Positions 13,020 to 26,623 of a stretch of 64,000 bases of DNA are shown here, piece by piece. The stretch comes from Oikopleura dioica. Lineage: Eukaryota > Animalia > Chordata. The translations under genes and the position numbers were made by a program. A model generated the notes under the pieces. The model worked only from the letters and a program-made list of their open reading frames with translations, had not been told where the DNA came from and did not search any database. How positions within the stretch are numbered: the stretch's first letter is position 1; each line of letters opens with the position of its first letter. The DNA lies in contig OU015569.1 in NCBI GenBank assembly GCA_907165135.1, forward strand, positions 11,656,001-11,720,000. The letters run 5' to 3'.

Positions 13020-13510
13020 TTCGCTCGAATAAGGTGTTTTTATTGGGTGTTTTTGATAATATAGAAGAGCGGAAGAAAGTGTGCGAGGAAGTGAAATTGT
13101 TGTTCGAAGGTCGCCATTAATAAACTATGGGCTTATCGCGCTGCCTGTGGCGGAACTCTAGATTCTTCACCGCATCTGATACGCTTTCCAAATCCGACCT
13201 TTTGCGGCAGAGTGCCTAAATACATAGCCTCTCAATCCCGCCAAGCGGTGTAAAAGCCGAATTACAACGGCTAGCACTAATTGTAAGAGAGGACTTGTAA
13301 GAAGGGTCAGTTACTCCTGCGGTTGGTGAATGAATGACCGCGACTTATCGCCAAAGATGGCGGCGGCAAGCCTTTCATCCCGCCGAACGGAAGGCTAACC
13401 TGAACGTGTAATGAGAAGCTGCTGTGGTTTGTTACTCCCTTAACGCGTACACTGATAATGAATCCATTCTTCAGCTCAGCCTCCTGAAAAATCCTATCTT
13501 TCTATATCTT

Positions 13511-13750
13511 TTTAAGGGCGTCAATATGCTAAGACTAAATGGCGAAAATCTATTTGTCAAAGTGAGACTTGCTCATTGATGGTTCTTTTGAAAAACTTTA
13601 ATAAGGGTTTCACTATGTTAATTCTGTATCTTTTTCCAGCTAAGTTAATATAGTGAAACCCTTATTAAAGTTTCTCAAAGAACGATCAATCAGCAAGTCT
13701 CACTTTGATAAATAAATTTTCTCCATAAAAACTTAGCATATTGACGCCCT
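13511..13750. repeat. About 240-bp palindrome (family B, TAAGGG-ended)
   Basis: TAAGGGCGTCAATATGCTAAG ... CTTAGCATATTGACGCCCTTA with a second inner TAAGGGTTTCACTATGTTAA pair. Confidence 0.9.
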
Positions 13751-14167
13751 TATTATTGAAACCCTAACCCTAGTTTTTTTTAATTATTTCTTGGAAGTAT
13801 TATGGTTTTTTCTTTCAATTCGAGAGCTAGCCATATAAAATGCCAAAATAAAAAAAGCAGCGTTAATCGGTGCCAAATGGACGCTAATCCGGTATTTTGC
13901 CGTAAGCTTATAATGTTAAAGTATTCGAAGAACATGTATCGGCCTGTCTTCTTCCCAAAATGTTTTTCCAACATTTTAATCTCTTGCACGACGCCAGGAA
14001 TCACAGAGGGAGAAAGATTTGGATACCTCGGTCTGGTAATTGTGCATGCTCAACACAAATTCAATCACCAACAAAATCCCACGCCAGCGTTCGATTTTTG
14101 GAAACAACTGCAACTCTCTTCCAAAAATAAAGATCTTCAAATCTGAAATAAAATAATAATCGGGCAT

Positions 14168-14567
14168 TTAATAATCGGCCAAGGACTATTGAATTCTAGC
14201 GCTGGAACTATTTGATCCAAAGAATTCCAAAGTTACAATTTCTTCATAAATTTTAAGGGCGTCCCTATAAGATATCCGAAGCCAGATTTTCAGGCAGATT
14301 TTTCACCCAGAGTTAACACAGTGACACCCTTATTTCTCTCCAAAAATATGAATAAAAGGCTTATATAATAGTTAGGCTGAAACATCGTATTTTTCAAGAG
14401 AAATAAGGGTGTCACTGTGTTAACTCTGGGGAACAATCTGCTTGAAAGTGAGGCTTCGGATATTTTATAGGGACACCCTTAAAATTTATGACCAGATTGT
14501 TACTTTGGAATTCTTTGGATCAAATAGTTCCAGCGCTAGAATTCAATAGTCCTTGGCCGATTATTAA
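14168..14567. repeat. 400-bp palindrome bounded by TTAA (family B motifs inside)
   Basis: Outer 60+ bp are perfect inverted copies; inner GACACCCTTATTT / AAATAAGGGTGTC pair. Confidence 0.92.
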
Positions 14568-16240
14568 CATTCTTTTCTTGCAATTTGAAGGAAGAAGGAT
14601 CATCTTGAATTTGGTGTGAAGCGGGCGCGGCGGGGCTGCTTTTATGTCGGGGAAGGCTCCTATTATCCCCGAGTGGAAATGATTTTTCCCACTGGATCGT
14701 CCCAGTAATCGTTGCTCGGGCATGGGTAATGCTGCCGATCGGAATGTCGCCAAGCACTTTACAATTCAAACGCACTGTTAAAAGGCGACACCCTTATAAT
14801 ATGAAATATTTGTGGCAGCCTCTTTCTCTCCCAGAAAGAAAAGTACACTTATTAGCCAACCCCATATAGGTGGCTAAATACGGGCGAAATGACTTTTTCG
14901 GGATGCAGCTGCGTATTACGCACTTGACCGAGCTATTCGCCCTGGGAAAATAATTTTCATTCCTGTTAATTTTGGTGAAATCTGCCAATTACGCGACAAA
15001 TATTTTGGCTCCTCAAGGCCAAAAACCAAAATTTTATGAGTGATACCACCTGGTCGGTTTCCTCGCGGTAGTGATTTTTAGTTTTTATTTTATTAATTGT
15101 CGGATACTTTTAAGGGAGTAGACCTCGTTAAAGCTGGATTTTTGGCAGAATTTTCTCCTGAAGTTAATATAGAGGCATCCTTGTTTTAAGGGTTGGGGTT
15201 AGGGTTAGGGTCCAGCCTCGTTTTAAGGGTGTACCCACCTATTAAAGCTAAAGGTATCTCTATGTTAATTTTAGGAAGAAAATAGGCGTTATTGTTTAAG
15301 ATGCTGAGCCCCTTAAAACTGAGGGTTTTGATGTGCTATGAATTAACTGCTTCAATTTGGAAATCTAGCAGCGATTATCCTAGTTGCTAGATTTCACGAG
15401 GACCGACCGGGCTTGCAAAATTAAATCTGTTATCATAAAAGCCGGCGGAGTATTATCGGACGAGGTCGGCGCGCCCAGGCCACAAGAGAGGGCGAAATTG
15501 TTCCTTGTGGTCGACTTGGGGCTTCGTGGCCGAATTGAGGGTGTGATGCAAGTTATGATTGACGATCGCCAAGGATCGCTTTTCCAAAAATGTCGGCTTC
15601 ACAGCCGTTGCCTCAGCCAAGTGGCTCAGCTACCTGAGATATCGATTTAAATCTCGACAAAATCCAAATAAAGGCATCTTTGTCCGACATGGATTACGGA
15701 ATTGGACACTTGAGTACACCAAGCACCGCCATCCTGCTCTAGAAAAAGCAAAAATCAAATTGAAAAATACTCAAAAGTAAAATAGTTAAAATTACCTAAC
15801 CAAGTATTATTCAAACTAAAAATCTCTTTTTCTATTCTAGGGCGTTTTTGAAACATGGCCGGAGAATGCGCGAGGGTTCACACAAGTTTGTAGATTGCTA
15901 GAAAGTAGTTTGTTATTGGAATGATTGTGTGTGTGTATGCCAGAGTTCGACATTCTTGCTGGGCAGAGCATTGAATTCCGAAAGGTAGTAGCGTTATGTC
16001 ATTATTCAAAAAATATTCGCAAAATATTTGCGCCGCTTTATTTTCTTTCGAATTAGGGGGAGTTTTTTTGAATCCAGTTTTTTGGTTCAAAATTTTTATT
16101 TTAAGGGTGTACTCAGCGTTATTCTTAATAAGAAAACAAAGGATAAATATCGAAGCTTCATTTCTGTAAAAGAAAGTAAGGGTGTCACTGTGTAAAATGG
16201 GTATTTGAGAGATGAAATAGACCCTTACCCTAAAAAGACC

Positions 16241-16398
16241 GGGATGGTGTCTGGAACCGACAAAAAATTTCGACAAATTTTGCGTGGGCGGCTACTCGGT
16301 TGCTGATTGGCCGGTTTGCCAAATCCAGGCTTCTGATTGGTTGAAAATTTCCACGTAAAATTTGTCGAAATATTTTTGTCGGTTCCAGGCACCTCCCC
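16241..16398. mobile_element. Family D MITE (GG termini, 8-bp TSD; Merlin-like by inference)
   Basis: TIR GGGATGGTGTCTGGAACCGACAAAAAATTTCGAC; TSD AAAAGACC on both sides. Confidence 0.9.
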
Positions 16399-17154
16399 AA
16401 AAGACCCAGCCCTAACCCTAACCCTAGCCCGGAATCCTTTTCTCTTTTCTGGTCCTGAATGGATGAGAAATCGAGAAAAAATAAAGTGTTGAATTACAGA
16501 AAAAAAAGCGGTTGATGTTTAGACTGCGGCGGATATTCTTCCGGTAAAGAAGATATATTGTCGGTATGGATTTTTGAACGATTAATCCGGTCACATATTG
16601 TTTTGTATTGTTTCGTAGCGATCATGTCACCGAGTTCAGCTCATCTTCAAACGCTATAATCCGCGCACAAAAGCGTGAAATGCAAAACTCTCGCAAAACA
16701 CAAATCAAAATAATCTGAGCTCGGAATCGCTCTAGAATCAAACCACAAGAACAGTATTGCTCGCTAAAGAGCATTGTTTCGAATGCTTCATTCATTATGT
16801 ATTTGGGGCGATTTGGCTGGGCTTTCTGCTGCGTTGTTTCCACAACGGGATAAACAGAGTGTTGCCCAAACCGATTTTAGCGCTAGAATGTGTGAAAAGA
16901 GCATAAAAGGATTAGCACCCGCCGGAAACAAAGCTAACCCAAGATCAGGCAACGCCTTATAACACCACAACGCACCATCATAATCACAACAAAGAAACTA
17001 ACGTAATGCTAAAGCACAGTAGTTAAGGGGGTACACCTCATAAAGCCCGACTTTCAAGCTGTCTTTTCCGGGAAAAATAATGGAGGTTACCCCAAACGCA
17101 AAAATCTTACATTTCTGAAGATAATTGGAGACTACTCTGTGAATCTGCCTGTAA

Positions 17155-17582
17155 CAGAGTTGCAAATTTGCTGAGCTGAGTGAGCTGAGCTGGCTGAGTG
17201 AGCTCAGCTCAGTGATTTTGGAAAGTGATCTGATCTGCTCAGCTCAGTTCAGCTCAGACAATTTTTACTCAGCTCAGCTCAGCTCCGCTCAATTATTTTC
17301 GAACATGATCTGTTCTGCTCAGCTCAGACAACTATCACTTAGCTCAGCTCAGCTCAGCTCAATGATTTGAATACAATTTTACTACCAAAAAAAACAGTAA
17401 AAAACAGCTCAGCTCAGCTCTAATTAGGGTCCGCTCAGCTCAGCTCAGCTCAACTCTCTTAAACAAAAGGTCTGCTCAGCTCAGCTCCGCTCAATGACCT
17501 CTGAAAAAGGCCAGCTCAGCTCAAAGAAATTTTTACTCAGGTCAGCTCTGCTCAGAAAAATTAATCAAAATTTGCAACTCTG
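17155..17582. mobile_element. hAT-type MITE with internal (GCTCA)n satellite
   Basis: TIR CAGAGTTGCAAATTT; 8-bp TSD GCCTGTAA at 17147-17154 and 17583-17590. Confidence 0.93.
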
Positions 17583-18437
17583 GCCTGTAAAGCTACAGTA
17601 AAGAAGGGTATTACATCTTTTACTTCTATGGTTATCATTGTCACCCCCTTATTCGATTTTACCAATAATGATCCTAATTTTTTTAACGATAATGGTCAGT
17701 GGGTAGAAAAAAAATCTAGATCGGTCATTTCATTTTCTTCTATTTTGGCAACAAATAAATTGTGTTGCGTCCCCCTCAAAAAAGCGCTCTCGACAAAGCT
17801 CGTCTTTGAGGTGTCTTGAAAATCATGTTCATTTTGGGTGCTTAAGGTGTCGCAGCGGTGGAGCAGCCTTCTTTGATGACTAGCAAATGTGTGTTCTCCT
17901 CCCTCACCGAGATTCATTTCCACCGTTCATTTTTCTTGACTACTTGTTTCTTATTATCTTCATTTGAGAATCGAATTATAGTGACAACATCATCCCGCGA
18001 CCTTTTTCTGACCCGCGAGATATTATTCTCAAACGAGCTCCAATTAATCGAAATTACGATTAATTATATTTTCCACTTTTTTTTGTTCCCACGCTGGGCG
18101 TAAACAATGCTCAATCGTTCTAGCGCTAGTTATTCTGCGTTTCTTTTCAAGACTTGAGAATCGTGATTGGCCGTTTTTGGAGCCTATAGGCATTGTCTGG
18201 CGCGATTATAACTTCCATTGTTCGCGGTGGCGAGGAGCAAAAGCGCCCTCGCCTCCGCTCTGGCGCCCTCGTTCTCCGCCGCCGCCACCACCAGTTACAC
18301 CAAAATACCTTTATTCGAATTAATTGACAACCACAAAGCACAACGCAAAGAAAAAAAGATAGCAATACTTTTCCAATCAAAAAAACTTTTCCAGAGCTAA
18401 AATCTCCCCAAAGATAAAAAAAAAAATATCCCCAGAA

Positions 18438-21400
18438 ATGGCAGATATTAGCCCCAACACAATCGAAGTGACCCCAGAGTCGCCAGTCGAAACACCCCGA
18501 GAGCTAAAACCATCAGTATTCGACGAGGATGACGAAGAAATTCCCATTGTCGATGCGCCAGTTCCGTTTACCCCCGAATCCACCCCGGAAAAGGTCGGTA
18601 GCTCGGCAGACATCACCCCAGAGGATCCCCAAGAGGCAGAGGAGGAAATCGAGGAAATCGAAACAGCCCCAGCCCAGGCGCCTGATTATCTGAAACTGAA
18701 GGCTGATGTTGACCGGTTACAGAAGATCCTAACTGCACAAAATCAGCCAGCAGCTCCCGCTGCAGCTCCAGAGGTACGTACGATTCTAGAGCTAGAGGAG
18801 AGAGATAGATAGAGCGCCGGAATTTGGCGCGATAAGAAAACTCTCCCCCTTGTAGTACTGATAATAGGGGTTGGTTTATCTTTATTGATACGGCTGCGAT
18901 TTTGGTCGGGCTGGGAGTATCAATGGGACCACTGATTGGTGCTTTGTCCGCTGATCGCAGCACCGCCAGTTGACCGCGACAACCGCGACGTACCAAGTTA
19001 ATATAATACTAATTTGCCCGCGATAGCTCCTTTCTCAGACAATTTTAAATTTCACCAACCAATTCCATTTTTTCAGCCCAGCAGCGCGGAAGAAGGAGTC
19101 GACTGGAAGGAGCGCTGCAAAACGCTCGAGCTCCAGCTCCAGCAACTCGTCGCCCAGCAAATCATTCAAGCTCAGCAACAAGCCCAAGCTCAAGCTCAGG
19201 CAAATCCTGGACAAGCTCAAATGAATCTCCTCCAGCTCTTGTCGAAGACGGTTCAGTCCATTCCAGCCCAAAAGAAAGAAGAAATCCCAATCGCCAATTC
19301 CGTTTCCGCGCCAATTTCAAACCCACTCTTCCCGAATCCGCTGCAAACGTTGATGCGCCAGCGCGAAATGCAGATTCTCCAGCAACAGCAGCAACACCAA
19401 GCTGCCCAGCAACAACAGCAGCAGGCGCAGCAGCAACAACAGCCCAATCAAGACCTTCTCGGTCTCCTGAACTTCCAACGAGGACTCCAGCGACCCAGTG
19501 TTAGTCTTCCTTCTCCCTGTCTTCCTCCACGTGTTTCTAGTCCAAAGGTAAGCTATCTTTCCTGACTCGGGCTTTTACACAGGTCTGGGCTCGGCAACCT
19601 GAGAAGAAAACCTGAGTCAGGGTCTCAAAAATCAAAAATGAAAAGCCGCGTAGCGGCTTTTTAAAAACGAAGCCGCGAAGCGGCTTCGCAAAAATATTAT
19701 TCAACATTATTTTTAACTTCTGGCGAAGCCGCTTTGCGGCTTCGTTTTTTAAAAAGCCGCTACGCGGATTTTCATTTTTGATATTCCAGACCCTGACTCA
19801 GGTTTCTACTCGGGTTGCCGAGCCCAGAAATCAGTTCTTTTAAAATTTGAACCCTTTTTTTTTTAAAAAATACTGATTTTTTCGCTGCAATTTCTGATTC
19901 GTGGGAAAGGGGGAAGCAAAGAGAGAAGGAAAGTTATTCTTTCAATAGTTGCTTGTTTGCACAGTGGTGCGACAATTGGTGGTGTTTTTGGATGCTCTGT
20001 GATAAACCAGCAACGATAATACCCAACCGGTCGCTACAGAGGCCGCCCGCCGTAATCTGTCCTTGGCCACAAAAACTGATTCGCAACCGCCAAACGCAAA
20101 CTCTTTTTTTTTCTCCTTCTTACTCTTTTTTGTGAAAGTATTTTTCCAAAATCTTAATCGGCTTAGGATCATTTTGCGATTTTCAATGGAAATGTTTTCT
20201 ATCAAAAATTATCAAAATTTCTATTTTCACTTTTTACTAGAAACTGGCTACTGTTACTACATCGAAGTTTGCTTTTTCTCTCATTTGCTTTTTATTTTTT
20301 GAAAATGCCGCGGAGGCCTCTTGGCATGCAAAAATGCATGTAGTCCTGCCATGTAGTGGGATACAGGGAATAACGAGTTCCGGCCACTTATCATGACAAC
20401 TCGGGGGAAGATTTTTACGATTTTGAATCGTTTTAGTTTACAAACTGTCCGATTTGAATAAATGTACTAATTCGCGACAAAGTACACAAAACACAGCAAT
20501 TTAATAATATAAGCAAAATAATTTTTGTTAAGAAAAACAATTATAAGGGTATACCCGTCGAAAAGTCTTATTTTCCACAGCTTTTTTGTGTTTTTTTAAC
20601 AGAGTGAGACCCTTATTTAATCATTTAGAATGAATCTTTAGACCCTTGTTAATGATAAAAGTTAACGGCCCTTACCCCCTTAAGGTGTTGGAGTTTGATT
20701 TTTTTAGCGGAATTAGAGCTAAATACGGGGTTTAAACTTTTATTTAGCTTGATAAAATAAGGGTATCTCTATGTTAACTCTAAGTTAAAAGTGGCCCGAA
20801 AAATTGGTCTCAAAGTTCAAAATTTTTTTTATGAAAATATTCGAAATCGAGCATCAAATTCTAAATTTGATAAAAGGCAGTGTTCGCGACCTCTCCTCGG
20901 ATAATAACTGGCTAATTCAGGAAGATCGGAAACGCTCGAGCCCGGAGCCAACGTCTCTGCCGCTTGGTACAAAAACGGACATCACCTCACGCACCGGTAA
21001 GTTTTCAACGGTCATTTCCTCGCGCCGATTCCGGCCGCTCTTTTTTCATTAAAACACGGAGCTGACCCCGGATCAATTTGATTCTTATCGCAACACTAAA
21101 AATTAAAGCTCTAAATTAAAGCCGACGAATCGGGAGTTCAATCGGACGCCAGCGGTTCTGATGGGTCCCCGAGCTCGCCAAAACGTGCCAAGCTCGATCG
21201 CGACTCGCCAAAGACAGTTTCGCCCTCGACCAGTTCTGGAATCGGAGTGACGATGACCTCGTCGCCCAACTCGTCCTATCTCACCTCGCCGCTGCTCACC
21301 TCCGCTGTCAACGCCGGCCATCTTCAAATGCCGACTCCTCGACTCCCCGTCGCTGGATTGAGCGGTCTAATGGGCCACGCCTCCTTCCCCTTCCAGCAAG

Positions 21401-22721
21401 CCCCTCAAAAAGGTACAATCCAAACCCCCCTTTCCAGCCTTTACGTCCATTCTAGAGCTGGTAAACCACAATCATGAACCTCCACGCCACTTTCGCGAGC
21501 CGCCACAAGAACAGAAGCCCCATATTAAACGGCCAATGAACGCCTTCATGGTCTGGGCCAAAGACGAGCGACGCAAGATTCTTCAACAATTCCCAGACAT
21601 GCACAACTCCAACATTTCCAAAATTCTCGGTAAGCAAAATCGATCTCTTCTGAGAAAAATTAACATATTGATACCCTTATTTTAACCCCTCAAGCCCCAT
21701 TTTAACCCTTAACTTCTCAGGCCAACGCTGGAAAACGATGTGCGACGAAGAGAAAAAGCCCTACTACGAAGAGCAGCAGCGATTGTCCAAAGCCCACATG
21801 GCAAAATACCCCGATTACAAGTACCGCCCTCGCCCAAAACGAACCTGCCTCGTCAACGGCAAAAAAGTCAGAATCACCGAATACAAGGTAGTGCTTTCAT
21901 TCCCTTCCCCAGTCTTTCAAACCCCGATTTCTAGGAAATGATGAAGCAAAATCACCTGAACGACCAAATGAAAGGAATGGAAACGCCTCGAGTTTTCCAG
22001 GACGGTCCTCGATTTCCCTTCAACCTCACAGCTGCGAATCTCCTCGCTAACAACCTCTACCCTCAGCTAACTCACAACGCACAGGTAAAAATCCGCAGCA
22101 AATTTAAGGGTGTCAACAACCAATTCTTCAGTTTTTTCTTAACTTTTTTACATTGGGTTGAAGACAGGGCTCGGCAATCTGAGTAGAAAACCTGAGTCAG
22201 GGTCTGAAAGAGCAAAAATGAAAAGCCGCTACGCGGCTTTTCATTTTTGCTCTTTCAGACCCTGACTCAGGTTTTCTACTCAGGTTGCCGAGCCCAGGTT
22301 GAAGAAAGAAGTGACATCCTTATTAGAACAATTGCTTTCTTTTTTTGCCCTAACTAAAATAAGGGTGTCACTCCGAAAAGTCCAAAAGAAAAGAAATTCT
22401 CAAGAAAAACCCTCCGCGCTGCATATTTTGCCCTCAACAGTACTCTCCCCTTATCATTACATTTTAACTAGCACCAGTCGCTCTCTATTATTGTTGAAAT
22501 TTCAGGAGCGGCGACGTATGTTGTCTAAATATCTTTGATTTTCTGAAAAGCGCAACACTACGCCGATTAATCCCATTTACAAACTCAATTATCGTACCCG
22601 TCTGTGGTGAAAATCTCTCCCTTATTCGAGTTTCTTTTTTTCAATTTCTATTTTTCAGAGCCTGATGGGACTTACCAACGCCAACTTGCCAACATCGCTA
22701 CTGCCCAATTCCGCCGAATAA
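18438..22721 (+). CDS. SoxD: SoxD (Sox5/6/13-type) HMG-box transcription factor
   Basis: HMG box [42 protein letters not shown]...[27 protein letters not shown]; N-terminal coiled coil and poly-Q (19140-19445); GT-AG introns; last exon [20 protein letters not shown]. Confidence 0.95.
19585..19827. mobile_element. Family A MITE, full four-hairpin form, in a SoxD intron
   Basis: TIRs plus hairpin loops GTA, GAA, TTT, TAC. Confidence 0.93.
22165..22297. mobile_element. Family A MITE, one hairpin, with 8-bp TSD, in a SoxD intron
   Basis: GTTGAAGA at 22157-22164 and 22298-22305; near-perfect palindrome. Confidence 0.95.
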
Positions 22722-22882
22722 AAAAAACTTCTGCGAAAAGAAAAGAAGATTTCATTAAAAAAAAGACCCTTTTAAAATTGAATTGTTTTTATTATTCATT
22801 TCACTGTATAAAGAAAAAAATCGCTCTGTGCCTTCTTTAAATGCCTGTAAATATATTTTAAACCAAAATTAAATCACTATTT

Positions 22883-23201
22883 CTCGGCTCAGAAACCTGT
22901 GTAGAAAACCTGACTCAGGGTTCTGGAAGAATTTTAAAGAATTTTGGTGAAGCAGCTTTGCGGCTTTTTTTCTTAGAAAAGCCGCTGCGCGGCTTTCACC
23001 AAAGGTCTTTCAGAACCCTGAGTCAGGGTTTCTGAGTTTAAAAACCTGTGAAGAAAACCTGACTCAGGGTTCTTGAAGAATTTTGAATGCTTTTGGTGAA
23101 GCCGCTTCGCGGCTTTTTTTTTAGAAAAGCCGCTGCGCGGCTTTCATCAAAGTTCTTTCAAAACCCTGAGTCAGGTTTTCTACACAGGTTTCTGAGCCCA
23201 G
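22883..23201. mobile_element. Tandem dimer of a family A variant (period about 149 bp)
   Basis: Two units AACCTGTG...CCTGACTCAGGGTTCT...hairpins...AACCCTGAGTCAGG. Confidence 0.85.
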
Positions 23202-26193
23202 AACAGTCTCTTTTTTCCTTCATTTTCGTTTTTTGGAAAAAGGGTTGATAAACTTGTCAAATAAATTTTAAAACAAACAATCGACAAAAAAATCAAAAGC
23301 GCGCCGACTGAGGACGCGCTCTCGAGTGCAAGTGGAAATGTAGCCTCAGACGGACGCTCAAAATATTTGCCTCGAAATCAGTTGATCTCCAAGAGTATTA
23401 TCCATGGGGAGATAAGGGTCACTCCTTTTTTTTCAAACGTTCTGACGCGTGCGCCGACTCAAAGAAAAAAGGATCTGCCGGGGCCAGAATAACGAACAGT
23501 GCAGAAATAAACGATTTCAAATGGTTTCCTAATTTTTTTATTTCAGAGACTTCAGGAAAGAAAACTAAGGATTGTGGATTCACTAAAAGTAAACTTACTT
23601 CCGCTAATTAATGAACTTCATTTTAGTCAGAATTCGATAAATTAACGATAAATATTTTTATATTTCTATATTATTACGAGACAATGCAAAGGAAATCGGC
23701 ATTTTTCGTGTATCTTCCAACAAGTGATTTAGTTACTTGCATCTCATTTTAGAATAATTTTTGTTTGAAAATCGCATTCTAATTAATGAAAAGTTATTGT
23801 CGAGCACAGTTTCATGGCAAGAAAAGGATCAGGACAATTCTTCGATTCTCTGTGAATCCACCCTCACTTCACGCAGATTATTTATTCTTATTTTATTTGT
23901 ATAATCATTTTATAATCATTTCCTTCAAAACTCAAGTGATAATCGAAAGATGGCGCTTGATATTTGCTAAGAAGCTTTCAGTGAGAACCACTTTTACTTG
24001 GTCCGGTTACTATCTTTTACGATATTTACTGAAGACAGACACAACAGTACTTCAAATATAGGCTACAAACATAAATCCAAAGCTGACAGTTTTATTGAAT
24101 TTACTCTTAGAGGTTTTGCTTATTCATTTTAGTCAGAATTGGTTAATTTACATTTTGATACTTTTCAAAAGAAGACAGTATTATGCACAGAAAAGTGAAA
24201 GAAGAATCTTGGGGAAAATTTCCATGGGTGTGTAATTATTTGTTTCATCATTTCATAATCATATTTAATCATCATAAGTTGTTCTGAGAACTGATTGTTA
24301 CATCAAAATAAATTGATAAGAATATTGACAACACTATTTTTTATTCGAGCACAGTTTCATTAGAAAGAAAGAATAAAAACCCTAAATTTTTCCTCTGAAC
24401 ATTCTTTTGTTGTTTCATTTTTTATCATAAGTCTTCAAAAGTCAAATTTCATCAGAATTATCAGAGCAATTTGGGAATCTTTTTTATTCAAGCTGAGTTT
24501 CATTAGGAATAAAGATAATTAATCTTCTAACAGTATATTCACCATAGTATTCATGTAATAGCGAACTGATTTCAGCCAACAAATAACTGAAGTCATTGTC
24601 TCATTTGTCATCTTCAAAAATGTATCTCTTACATTCCGATATTTCTAATAACAGCTATCTAAGACTTCGCAACAGCATTTATACTCGAAGAAGGGGTCTT
24701 CATATTTACCGAGTAACTCTCTTTCCTGGTTCGATTTCTGTCATTTTTAATGTTTGCTGAGGATGGACGGTTCGCTTCTTCAAATTTGGGGTTCAAACAT
24801 AAAACCGAGGGCGGGAGGCTTTATTGAGGTTCAAGCTAAAGCTCTTTTTCCCGAAAAAAATAGGAAAAGCTCTCGAAGAAAAGTGCTCTTCAATTGCTAA
24901 TTGTGTATTTTATTTGATAGATCTGTTGTTTCGCTGGACCGCAAGGCGACCGCTGTTAGACCTAGAAAAGCCGCGATAAAATTCGTTTTAAATTATTCGA
25001 ATGCTTCTTTATTCAATAATTTTCAATTTGCGCTTTCTCGATTTGAATTCGAGCGCATAATTTTTCGCTGTGGCCGGCAATTAAGGAAGCGCGTGTCAAC
25101 ATTGCAATGTCTGCCAAGTTCGCTTAATTAAAACACTCAGCCGGTAATGGAGAGAAGGAGAGCGGACAGAGGTGCTCGAGCAATGAAAGCAGTTTTGTCA
25201 AAATCTGAGAAATTCGCTGAGAATCGCCACTGACACCGCCTCTTGAGAAATTCCACTGTGATCATTTCCCACTCGACAGGAGAGACCAACCACTAGTTAA
25301 CACAAATGCACATCCTTTTTCCTTCAATCTGCCTTTTTTCTGAATATTCTTTGAAATTTCCTGCAAAAAAATGACCAGACAAAGTATTTTTGTTTATTAT
25401 TCATAATGAAATTCACGTCTTTTATCAGTCACGCTAGTAACGGTTGACGTATCATTTTATATTGTTGTCTCTAATCATACAGCATCACAGTGGAGCATTT
25501 TGAGCATCATTTTAAGATATTTCTATTTGATTTTTGATCAACTAACGAACTAACTATTACACCCTTATAAATTGTCTAATTTATGAATAATGAATAAAAT
25601 GTGGACAGTTGTTGAATAAATCATTCAGGATAACTCTTATTTTTCTTATGGTTGGAGACAAACGCTTTCACAGAAAAGCTGGTTGTGGAAATATTTCAAA
25701 GCCATCAAGTTTACCATCAAGGGCATATAACTAGTTGAGCTCCCAATTGATCATCATTTTGTATTTCTCATTTCTCTTGACTAATAATACCTTTTTCGAA
25801 TTTTTATTTATATCTATCTGTCTCCCCTTATTTCCTTCGCCAAAACCAACATCCGCAATAAAGAAAACTCAGTCCCTAAATTGAAAATTTGACTAAAAAT
25901 CATCCATCCTTCCTTCTTTTTGAATTTCCCATAAACAAGTGGCGTGTTTGTGTTTATCCCTATAAATTCTATTTAGCGCGTAATAATATATTTGGGAACT
26001 GCGCGGCGGGGAGACACAGGTGGCCACTCTGATGTCCGCTCGGGACATGTTCGATTTAGCTCTCACAGTCTCTAGAAGGGATGATTTGGAACCGCCGCCG
26101 CCGCACCGCAACACCTGCCTTTTTTTCTTCAGTTTTACTGATTCAAAAAATATTCAAATAGCTAATAAAAAACATTTTGTTTTCTATTTTCAG

Positions 26194-26359
26194 CTGGGCT
26201 CGGAAACCTGTGTGGAAAACCTGAGTCAGGGTCCTTACAGAAAATTTTAGTTATTTTGGCGAAGCCGCTATGCGGCTTTGTTTCTAAAAAGCCGCCGCGC
26301 GGCTTCTTATCAAAATCTTTTCAGGACCCTGACTCAGGTTTTCTACACAGGTTGCCGAG
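26194..26359. mobile_element. Family A MITE with two hairpins
   Basis: TIRs with the right end truncated; loops TAT and CGC. Confidence 0.85.
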
Positions 26360-26623
26360 TTTTCTATTTTATTCCGGCGTTTAATAATTTAAATTTCCTT
26401 TCATTTTTAAGCTGAATAAATCGATTTAACAAACAGTAGCTTAAAAATGGTTCTAATCGAAATTGGCTGAAAACTGCTGAACATAAGCTGCTTTCACGGG
26501 CGCTTGAATGACCAGCGCGGCAGGCGCACGTGACAATCGTCGCGACTATTAGGAGTAATTCACGTCAACTGAGTGACAAACTCGAGACGTTCTCCCCTCC
26601 TCAACTTCGTTAAATGAATATTG

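Noticed and set aside
11700-16990. Short ORFs and codon-like stretches upstream of SoxD as transposase or RT relics
   Set aside because: Frames are broken by stops and no diagnostic motif was recognised; a translated search would be needed.
17170-17560. Repeat array as CRISPR
   Set aside because: Pentamer satellite without unique spacers, enclosed by TIRs and an 8-bp TSD.
19643-19775. AAAAGCCGC-NNN-GCGGCTTTT hairpins resemble bacterial intrinsic terminators or REP elements
   Set aside because: The context is eukaryotic and intronic and the hairpins are internal modules of a TIR element; no bacterial genes are present.
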